Shown piece after piece: positions 1 through 11,200 of a DNA stretch of 64,000 bases. The notes under the pieces were generated by a model. That model worked only from the letters and a program-made list of their open reading frames with translations, was not told the DNA's origin and ran no database searches. The DNA comes from Chiloscyllium plagiosum. Its lineage: Eukaryota. A program made the position numbers and the translations under genes. The DNA is taken from NCBI RefSeq assembly GCF_004010195.1, contig NC_057754.1:5302228-5366227 (forward strand), read 5' to 3'. Every line of letters starts with the position of its first letter. Position 1 is the first letter of the stretch.

Positions 1-405
1 GAAAAAGGAGATCGGAACTGGAGGAACGGAAAGGATTTGGGGAAGTGCGAAGCTGGGGGGAAGGATGCACAGACGGGGAAGAGGCAAGGTAACGGGGTGG
101 GGAGCGGGGAACTTGAAAATGAAGGGGAGAATTTAAAAGCGCTGTGAGGTGGGCAGACCACGTCGGTCAGTGAGAAAGGAGATTGGCTGAAAATACAAGG
201 CAGTGGTGTTTGGAAGGAGCTGCAGGCCATGGCGTGGCTGGGCCACAGAGCATTGGAGCAGTCGTCTTAGCAAAAAGGATGGACCGAAGCTGGGGGCGGA
301 ACCAAGGAGGGCGTGGGCTCAGTGCAGCCAATGTGTAACCTCCCTCTGTCGCTGTAGCTGACATCAGTAAACTCTCAACAAAGAGCTGGAGTTCACCACC
401 AAACA

Positions 406-1110
406 AAGAGACCTTGGGGTTTGTGCTTCATCGTTCCCCTGAAAGTGGAGTCACAGGTGGACAGGTTGGTGAACAAGGTGTTTGGTACGCTTGCCTTTAT
501 TGGTCAGTGCACGGGAGTTCAGAGGTCATGTTGCAGCTGTACAGGACATTGGTTAGACCACTTTTGGAATACTGCAATCAGTTCACTCTCCCCGCTATAA
601 AAAGGATGTAGTGAAACTTGAAAGGGTTCAGAAAAGATTTACAAAGACTTTGTCAAGGTTGGAGGGTTTGAGGTGTAGGGAGAGGCTGAATAGGCTGGGG
701 CTGCTTTCCCTGGAGGGTCGGAGGCTGAGGAGAGACCTTCTTGAGGTTTATAAAGTCATGAGGGGCATGGATAGGGTAAATAGCCAAGTTATTTTTCCCA
801 GGGTTGGAGAGTTCATAACTAGACAGCATAGATTTAAGGTGAGAGAGGAAAGATTTAAAAGGGACTTAAGGGGCAACTTTTTCACGCAGAGTGTGGTGCG
901 TGTATGGAACGAGGTGCCAGAGGAAGTGGTGGAGGCTGGTACAATGACAACATTTAAAAGGAATCTGGATTTGTACAGGAATAGGAAGGGTTTAGAGGGA
1001 TCTGGGCCAAATGCTGGTAGATGGGACTAGTTTAATTTCGGATATCTGGTCAGTATGACGAATTAGACCAAAGGGTCCGTTTCTGTGCTGTGCAGCTCTG
1101 TGACTCTGTA
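406..1110 (+). mobile_element. CR1 LINE 3' fragment
   Basis: LYRTLVRPLLEYC; LERVQKRFT; FFTQSVVRVWN. Confidence 0.9.
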
Positions 1111-2165
1111 ATTTGCCTCTGAGAATGTCCTTGTCACGCTCCTCTGTGAGAAAGGTACCATACAAATGTCTTTGTTGTTGTTGTGCGATCGTCTAAGCTT
1201 TCCAGCAGCTGGCAAAAGGTAAGCGTTGGGCTGAGATGCTGGAGATTCCCTGTGGGACCTGATCTCTAACAATCCAACCCAAGCCCCTATCTGAGCCATT
1301 GGCTGGAATAGCAGCACTGCGCACTGAAGGTATGGGCACTGCCTCAGGCAGAATACTTCCCTTCAGGACGATGGTGGCTGAAGGTGCCAAATCAATTCCG
1401 ATCCCTTGTTCAAATAATTCCCGCACGGAGTCTTTAATATCGAGCCGCTTGAGCCATTTGATGCAGCCTTGGTTTTGGATCCTGGTTAGAAAGGGGACAG
1501 TGTTGATGGTCCCTCAGTGTTTTACTGATGGGGCAGCCCCAGTGCAATGTCTAAAGGCAGGCAGGGTCATGGAGTAAGTGTCACTACATGAGCCTGTGGT
1601 CACGTTGGCGATTGGGCCTCATGGTTTAAGTACTGATCATTGACTCATCCACCCAGTGGTGTAGAATATATTGCTGTGGTTTAACTCCTGTGGGGACTTG
1701 GCTTCCCCATTATTTTACCCCACACCCGCACTCCATCTTCTGCAGCTACTGACTCCTTCCAGCAGTGCCTCACACATCCACGGTGTGGGGAGGTGCAACA
1801 GCCAGCTATTCGACTGCGGGTGCTTGCTCTTTCCAGCTGAGGTGGTGGGGGTTGGGGGGGGAAGGCCGATCAACTCTGACTCATCCTCCCCGTCTCTGTC
1901 CCGGGTTTTACCGAGGCCAGTTCTGGCTCCAGTCACGAGCGCGAGAACGCCCCAATCCAGGGCAGACGTGGCGCTGCGAACCCTGAGCTGGGTTTCTCAT
2001 TGCCTGAGCCTCTGTCTCCAGGGGCAAGGGGATGGTGTTGGAGCAGGGATTTACCAGGAGTCAATCTCCAAAAGATGTTTAAAAAAGTAAAGACACCCTG
2101 GTTTTGCGTTTCTCTGTGTCTCCGCAGGATTTGAAATTCCGACACCGAGAGGTGACAGTGGGAAG

Positions 2166-2235
2166 ATGGCGGCCGCGCTGTTCATCTGCTCCTTGTTCTT
2201 CCTGGGCGCTTTAGGAAGTGCACCGAAACCTTGCA
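2166..2235 (+). CDS. Ependymin-like exon: signal peptide plus APKPC
   Basis: Kozak-like aagATGG; hydrophobic leader; donor TGCA|gtgagt; an acceptor-like tccgcag ends at 2127, so a 5' UTR exon may lie upstream. Confidence 0.78.
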
Positions 2236-5200
2236 GTGAGTACACCTTACACCTCACCCTGTCAGGACCCAAGGGAATAGGATATGGAAGGTTTGAAGAA
2301 AGGCAGATAAGCCAGGACTTTTTCACTAGGAGGTGTAGAGGTGACCTTATAGAGGTTTATAAAATCCTGAGGGGCATAGATAAAATGAATGGCAGGTGTC
2401 TTTTCCCTCAGAAGGACAGTGTCAAGACTAGAGGACATCATTTTAAGTTGAGAGGAGACAGATTTAAAAATGACACGAGGGGCAATTTGTTTTACACAGA
2501 GGGTGGTTGGCGTGTGTGGAATGTACTTCCGAGAGGAAGTGGTGGATGCAGGTACAGTTACAACATTTAAAAGACATTTTGATAAGGACATGAATAGGAA
2601 AGGGTTTGGAGAGATATTGGCCAGGTGCAGGCAGGTGGGACTAGTTTAGTTTGGGAACAAAAAGAGAAATTACTGGAACAGCTCAGCAGGTCGGGAAGCA
2701 TCAGTGGAGGGAAATCAGAGTTAACGGTTTACGTTCTGAGGAAGGGACACTAGGCCTGAAATGCTATCTTTCCTTCAAAAGGCCCAGTTCAATCCCCCAA
2801 ACCCTGGACATAAATCAGCATGTGGCAAGGCAATGTGGTTCAGTTGCTGCTGGTCCGACCCCACCATTGGATAATTGGCCAATGAGGAGTTTGCACGTTC
2901 TCCTCCCGTGTCTACATGGGGTTTCCTCCGGGTGCTCTGGTTTCCTCCCACAGTCCAAAGATATGCAGGTCAGGGTGGATTGGCCGTGCTACATTGTCTC
3001 ATAGTACCCAGGGATGTGCAGGTTAGGGTGGATTGGCTGTGCTACATTGTCCCATAGTGCCCAGGGATGTGGAAGTTAGGGTGGATTGACCGTGCTAAAT
3101 TGTACCATAGTGTCCAGGGGTGTGTAGGTTCGGGTGGATTGGCCATGCTAAATTGTCCCATAGTGTCCAGGTATGTACAGGTTTGGGTGGATTGGCCATT
3201 CAAAATTAACCACAGTTCCCAGGTATGTGCAGGTTTGGGTAGATTGGCTGTGCTAAATTGTCCCATAGTGCCCAGGGATGTGCAGGTTAGGGTGGGTTGG
3301 CTGTGCTAAATTGCCCCATAGTGTCCAGGGATGTGCAGGTTAGGGTGATTGGCCATGCTAAATTGTCCCATAGTGCCCAGGGATGTGCAGGTTAGGGTGG
3401 ATTGGCCGTGCTAAATTGTGTGCAGGCTCAGTCGGTTAGCCTGGGAATTACAGGGATAGGCTAGGTATGGGGGTTGGGGGGGGTTGCCCTTTCGAACAGT
3501 TGATGTGGGCAGAATGGGTGTGTTCCCACACTGGATGGATTCTCTGTTTACTCTTACCAAAGGACCCAGGCTGTTTCACGTTAAGATGGACAGGGTATTT
3601 AGGACCATACATTTCCTTGTTCCTGTTATTCTGAACTGTTTATTTCTTTATTTTTCCAATTGATTACTTTGAATTTGTACTTAAGAATCTGTACTCTGGG
3701 TACCTTTTGTGCCTCTGTAAGTGGCAACTTGTAAACTCACCGTACTCATGTGAGGGTACTTGTGATAATGAAGCTAATTCGATTCAATTCCCATCCCCAC
3801 TTTAGCTGCTTTCATCCACCTTCTCAAACTTTCTCCCGGGGCCAGGTCTTAAAAGGATCCTAAAGGCGATACTGCAGCAGGCCCCGTTCAAAAGGGAAAA
3901 AAAGGCTTTGGAGTATTGCTTTCTGACCCTTCCCGTGTGATGGGAATAAACAAGATGATGAATGAACCAACATATTATCTGCAAATATGTTTGTTGGCAA
4001 TACGTACAAGCCAGACCCAACCCCGAACTCATGTCATCGTCTGCAGAAATACACCTTAGCAGCCCTTGGCAATGGGAGTATTGTTGGTGTATGACCAGCC
4101 ACTAGCTCTGTGGCTGTTCTAAACTGCTCCTCATCCATCTGATGCATCTTTTCCTCTCCCGTTCCCTCAGTTTGAGAGGTAGATAACAGGGAGAAAGGGA
4201 ATGCGCATGAATTGAGCGGACAATGGGGAGGCAGTAACATCACAGTATTGTCTCTGGACTCGTCAGAGGCCCATGGATTCAGTTCCCAGCATGCTAAAGG
4301 GCGAAAGTTAAATTCAGTTCATGAATCATAGTATCCCTCAGTGTGAAAGCAGACCATTCAGCCCATCGGGTCCACACCATCCCTCTGAAGAGCAGCCCAA
4401 CAGATCCAATCCCCTACCCAATCCCTGTAACCCTGCATTTTTTTTTATCGTGGCTAATCTACACATCCCTTCACACTATGAGCAGCACTATTGCCTCACA
4501 GCACCAGGTAGCCGGGTTCAATTCCAACCTCATGTGACTGTCTGTGTGGAGTTTGCACATTCTCCCCGTGTTTGAGTGAGGTTTCCTCCGGGTGCTCAGG
4601 TTTCCTCCTACAGTCCAAAGACGTGTGCAGGTTAAGGTGGATTGGCCACGCAAAATTGTTCCGTAGTGTCCAGGGATGTGCAGGCTAGGTGGATTAGTCA
4701 TGAGAAATGCATGGATTAGGTGGAGGGGTTGGGATACTCTTCAGAGGGGCATTGTGGACTTGATGGGCTGAATGGCCTGCTTCCATTGTAGGGATTCCAT
4801 GACGACAGGGCAATTTACCAGTTGATTCCAGAGATGAGCGGGTTGGCTTATGAGGACAGGTTGAGTAGACTGGGATTATACACATTGGAATTTAGAAAAA
4901 TGAGGGGGCTCTTGTAGAAACAGATAGAATTATGAAGGAAATAGACACGATAGAAGCAGGGAGGTTGCTTCCACTGGTGGCTGAAATTGGAATGAAGGGG
5001 CACAGCCTCAAAATAAGGGGGAGCAGATTTCGGACAGAGCCCAGGAGGAACTTCTTCACCCAGAGGGTTGGGACTCTGTGGAATTCCCTGCTCAGTGAAG
5101 TTATTGAGGCTACCTTGTTGAATGTTTTTAAGGAAAGATAGACTTTGAACAGTAAAGGAATTAAGGGTTATGGTGAGCGGGCGGGTAAGTGGAGCGGACG

Positions 5201-8200
5201 CTACGAGAAGATCAGCCGTGATCTTATTGAATGGTGGAGGAGGCTCGACGGGCCAAATGGCCTACTCCTGCTCCTACTTATGATGTTCTATCCACCTGAC
5301 CCAAACACCTTTGATCTTGGGCGGGGCTGGGCGGTGTGGTGGGGGTGGGGAAGGAAACCCACGCAAACGTGGGGAGAACGTGCAAACTCCACACAAACAG
5401 TCACCTGACGGTGGAATCAAACCCAGGTCCCTGCCACTGTGAGGCAGCGGTGCTAGTCACTGAGCCACCCCATCCAGAACTTGTAAGGTCAGTCTCAGAA
5501 ATGTGGACCATGAATCTATTATCAACCAGCACAGAATCTCAGCTGATTGACTGACGCCTCCCCCCTAACCACCACCCCCCCCGATCCCCCCCAACCCACA
5601 TGAAGAACATCTGCTCCCTTTGGCTGGTCCAGGCGACAAGCAATGTAGTCAACTCTTCACGGCCCTTCTGAAATCACCTCACAACCCGCTCAGTCCGGAG
5701 GCAATTAGGGAAGACCAACAAATTCTGACTTCGGCAGCAATGCCCAGATCCCTTGAATGTGAAAATACAGAATTTTGGAGCTCATCTCTGGAGGAGTCAA
5801 GTATAAAGACAATAAAATAATATTAAATGAATGTGGAGTCTCCTTTGCTCTACATTTAGAAGTTATAGCGTAATTCCCAGACCACGTCATTTGTTACTGA
5901 AAGCACAGAAATGATTCACAGGTATCGGGCCAGAGCTCTGAGAATAAAACGAATAGAATAGAACCCTTGTACTCTGGAAGCAGGCCATTCGGCCCATTGA
6001 GTCCACACCAATCTGTTGCACAGCATCCCATCTGATCCCCATAACATTTCCCATGGCTAACCCACCTAGCCTGCGCATCCCTGGGCACTACAGGACAATT
6101 TAGCACGGCCAATCCACCCTAACCTGCACATCTTTGGACTGTGGGAGGAAACCGGATCACCCGGAGGAAACCCCACCCAGGCACAGGGATAACATGCAAA
6201 CTCCACACCGACAGTCACCCGAGGGTGGAATCGAACCCGAGTCCCTGGTGCTGAGAGATAGCATCGATGCGTTTGAGGGACATGAGAGAAAAATGAAGAA
6301 AGGATAGGGGGAGTAGAATAGGAGAGAGAGCAGAGGTCATTAGAATGGAGAGAGGCTTGTGTCGGACATAAACTCTGGTATAGACCTGTCAGGCTGTGTT
6401 CTGGAATTTCTGGAGAGTATGAGTGTATGCAATGGTCCTTCCGATAAACACATATTGCCTTCTTCTCTCCATTTTGTCTCTTACAGCTTCCCCAGATCTC
6501 CTGGAAGGTCAGAGATATATCGTGAGTATCAATATCGCAGAGCCTGATGATGTACCAATAAAGACAGAGCAAAACCTGACCTTCTGTTGCAAAATAAGGC
6601 AGGGCAAGTGACTTAGATGTCAGTGGGGGAGCACGTTGGGACCTGTGACCATAACTCTGCCAATTTTAAAATCGTTACGGAATAGGATAAGCCTGGTCCA
6701 CAAGTAAAAGTTCGAAATTGGAATAAGGCTATTAAACAGGAACATTCAAACGTTGTTTGGGGGAGGCTGTTCCCAGGTTAAGGGACGATTAGCAAGTGGG
6801 AAGCTTTCAAAAGTGAGGTAACAAGAGTTCAGAGACCGTATGTTCCTGTTGGTGTGAAGGGCAGGTGTAGGGAACACTAGATGATGAGAGATATTGATGT
6901 TCTGGTCAAGAACGTGAAGGAGGTATATGACAGCTGGGACCAAGTGAACCCCTAGGGGAGTATAGACGGAGTAGGGGCATACTTAAGCAGGACATCAGGA
7001 CAGCAAAAGGGAATATGAGATAGATTTAGCAGATAAGGTTAAGGAGAATCCATTGAGATTCTACAAATACATTAAGGGCAAAAGAACAACAAGGGAGAGA
7101 ATAGGGCCCTCCCTTAAAGATCAGCATAGCTGTGTGTGTGTGGAACCGCAAGAGATGGATGAGTTACTAAATGCATATTTTGCGTCAGTATTTACTGTGG
7201 AGGAAGACATGGAAGCTAGTGAATTCAGGGAAATAAAACACAAATAGTGATTCTTGAAGACAGTCCACGTTGCAGAAGAGGACATGCTGGAGGTCTTAAA
7301 ACACCTAAAGGTAGATAAATCCCTGGGAGCTGATCAAGTGTATCCTAGGACATTATGGGAAGCTAGAGAAGAAATTGCAGGCCCCCCCCCCGAGCACAGG
7401 TATTTTTATTATCTACAGCCATGGGTAAGGTGCCGGAAGACTGGAGGGTGGCTAATGTGGTGCCTTTATTTAAGAAAGGCTGCAAGGAAAAGCCAGGGAA
7501 CTACAGACCATTGAGTCTGATGTCAGTGGTGGGTAAGCTGTTGGAGGGGCTTCTGATAGGATTTGCATGATTTTGGAAAGGCAAGAATGGATTAGGGGTA
7601 GTCAACATGGCTTTGTGCGTGGGAAATCATGTCTCACAAACTTGATTGAGTTTTTTGAAGAGGATAGATGAGGGTGGAGTGGTAGACATGGTCTACATGG
7701 ACTTTAGTAAGGCCTTCGACAAGGTTCCACAGGTAGAATGGTCAGTAAAGTTAGATCACATTGGATACAAAATTGGCTTGCCAGTAGGAGATAGAGGGTG
7801 GTGGAAGAGGGTTGTTGTTCAGACTGGAGGCTTGTGACCAGCAGTATTCATTTATATAACCACGTATAATCATTCATATAAACAATTTGGAGGAGAATAT
7901 AGGAAACATGGTTAGTACATTTGTGGATATCACCAAAGTTGGTGGTATAGTGGACAGTGAAGAAGATTATCGAAGATTACAACAGGATCTTGATCAGCTA
8001 GGACACTGGGCCGAGGAGTTGCAGATGGAGTTTAATTTAGTTAAATGCGAGGTGTTACATTTTGGTAAGGCAAACCAGTGAAGGACTTACAGTTAGTGGT
8101 AGGGTCTTGGGGAGTGTTGTCAAACAGAGAGACCTTGGGGTGCAGGTACATAGTTTCCTGAAAGTGGTGTCACAGGTAGGCAGGTTAGTAAAGATGTCAT

Positions 8201-11200
8201 TTAGCACGCTTGCCTTCATTGGTCAGAGCATTGAGTATAGGATTCGGGATGTCACATTGCGGCTGTACGGGATGTTGATGAGGCCACGTTTGGAGGACTG
8301 CATGCAGTTCTGGGTCTCCCTCCTATGGGAAGGATATTATTAAACTGGAAAGGTGCAGAAAAGATTTACAAGGATGTTCCTGGGACCGGAGGGTTTGAGT
8401 TATAGGAAAGGCTGGGACTTTTTCCTCTGGAGCGTAGGAGGATGACAATTGCGACATTTAAAAGACATTTGGACAAGTACATGAATAGGAAAGGTTTAGA
8501 GGGATATGGACAAAATGCAGGCAAATGGGACTAGTTAGGTTTAGTAAGGTGAATAGCCAAGGTCTTTTGCCCAGGATAGGGGAGTCCAAAACCAGAAGGC
8601 AAGGTGTAAGGTGAGAGAGGAAAGATTTAAAAGGGACCTGAGGGGCAACTGCTTCACAAATAAAGATGGTTCGTGTATGGATTGCGATTGTTTTGAGAAA
8701 TCATTAAAAAACTCGTTTCAGCTGAACAACACAGATCCTTTAGAGGTCACTATTTAACCACATAACTGCTGTGATCTGCTGGTAAGAGTCAACAAATTCC
8801 TCAATGAACCTTCTCGCCACGCACTGAAACTCTGGGAGATTGAAGATAGAGTCACCCTTCCTCAGAACTGTTGGTAGTTAGGAAAAGCTTGATATTTATA
8901 CAGGAGATGCTGGGGTGGGGGGGTAAGGTGTACCTCGAACAGACAAAGGAGTGGTTAAAGTCAGTCTGGGAGAATGAATGGGGCTATTAGTGAGTGGCAG
9001 GGGTTGAGTGTAATAGCAGACCATGTGATGACAAGGCCTGGTGTGTGGGGGTTGGAGTAAACCCTAAAACTGATGAACCCGAAGTTGAGTCCAGAAGCCA
9101 AGTGGAGAATGAGATGCTGTTCTTCCAGCTTACACTGAGCTCACTGGAGCACGGCAGCAAGCCCGAGACAGAGGTATTGGCCAGGGAACACAATAGTGTG
9201 TTGAAGTGGCAGGCAGCTGGAAGCTCAGGGACTTTTTTGTGGGCAGAACGTGGGTCTTTTGCAATGCGGTCACCTCGTCTTTGCTTTGTTTCCCCAATGT
9301 AGAGGACACCACTTTGTGAGCAGCAAATGCAGGTAAAGCACTGCTTCACCTGGAAGGTATGTTTGAGACCTTGGATACTGAGGAGTGAGGAGATAAATCT
9401 GAAGTTGCAAGAGAAGGTGCCATGGGGCTGAGGAGGTCTTGTTGGGAGTGAAAGAGGAGTGGACCAGTGCCCCACCCTTGACAACAGGCTTGATGGCAAA
9501 GTCAGGGTTGGATCTGAGAGCACGGTGTGCAGTCAGTTCATGGGAAGATAGGTTGGAATGGGTGAGGGGGCAGAGAAATTGAGGCGACCAGTGTCATGTT
9601 GACAGTTCTCGATGAATGGGTCAGGTGTCAGAGGGAGCAGTCTAGGTGGAGGGAGAGTGTCAGAGGCGGTTGAAGGGGTCTGTGGGACAAACTACTGGCA
9701 AAAGCACACATGTCCGAACACCTTGACCAATAGATCACTTAAACGCATTTACCCAGGTATCTTGAGGTATGGAGGACAATAAACACGTCACAAGGCAGAA
9801 AACTGGTAAAACAGTCACAACTTTTATAGAACAAATAGTAAAAATGAACAATATTTAACGATAGTATTCTCTTTATTTTCCTGAGGCTCCCAGGTATGCT
9901 TCCTGTGTACACTCGAACATGGGATGGGCTGGTGAAACCTCGCGAGGCTCAGTAATCTCTCTCTGTCTTCTCCTGCAGAAGTGAATCTTTCTCGGCAAAG
10001 TCCCTCCACCTTGGGTGGAGCCTCTCTGTGGGTGATGCTTCTAATGTTTTTCCGAGGCTAAATCCAGGGTTATAGACCTTTCAGACAGACTTCCAGAAAA
10101 TCCTGTTGAGCCCTCCAATCAGAGTGCAATCCTTCATCATCGGAAATCATTTTGGTGTTCCATTCTGGAGGGGTAATCTTTGATCATTTGGATTCCTTCC
10201 TCTATTCTCTACCAGGGAAGGATAAAAATGCAAACACAGCCTTTGTCTCTGTCCCTACTATGTCTTATTTTTGTCGATTAGCACTTGCTTGAGTACAGAG
10301 GACTTCATTAGCACCATTGTGTTGTGGCCTAATCAAGTCTGCATATGTGCCAATTTTGCTTAAACCCCATCTTTTTTTTTGATGTGATTTATTATTGTCA
10401 CATGTACCTCGGGACAATGACAAGTTTTGTTTTGCATGCAGTACAAGCAGATCATACCTTACGAAGTGCATCAGGGTGATAGAACAGAGCGAGGAATACA
10501 ATGTTGCAGCTGCAGAGAAGGTGGACATGAGATCAACGTGAGATTTGAAATTTGACAGGTCTGTTCAGGAGTCTGATAACAGCAGGGAAGAAGCTGTTCT
10601 TGAAGCTGTTGGTCCGTGTGTTTGAGCTTTTGTCCCTCCTGCCTGATGGAAGAGGGTGGGAGATATTATAACCGGGGTGGGAGGGGTCTCTGATGATGTT
10701 GGTTGCCTTCCCGAGGCAGTGGGAAGTCTAGATGGAGTCAAGGTTGGCTTAGGTTATGTTCTGGGCTGTGTTCAAAACCAACTGTAGTTTCTTAGAGTCC
10801 TGGGCAGAGCGGTTGCCGTACCAAGCTGTGATGCATCTGGATAGGATGCTTTCGATGGTGCATCAATGCAAATTGGTAACAGTCTTTATGGACATGCCAA
10901 ACTGACTGAGACTTGTTGGTTACCTATCTTTCAATTTCTGTACTTTTGGGGGTCCTTCCTTTACACTGTTGCAGAGAGTGACACCTACTGTTAGAGTGGG
11001 GGAAGTGCCTTCCGTTTGGTTATCACTGTCAACATCAGAAACTCAAGTCATCCCCCTGAAAGCTTTCAACTCTCGGCTCAACTTATGACAGTAACTTGAA
11101 TCCTGAGATCTGGGAGAAACTATTAAATAGAACTTACAATCAAAGAGTCTAACTTTGCCTAAACACAGGTTCACACATCAAATAACCCAGCGGTGATCCC

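Noticed and set aside
2166..2570. 134-aa single-exon ORF
   Set aside because: Only the first 23 codons are exonic; the rest is intron and CR1 remnant after the gtgagt donor at 2236.
8765..8870. Minus-strand exon LRKGDSIFNLPEFQCVARRF...
   Set aside because: Its 5' part is the terminus of the adjacent Penelope-like repeat, and no convincing donor follows.
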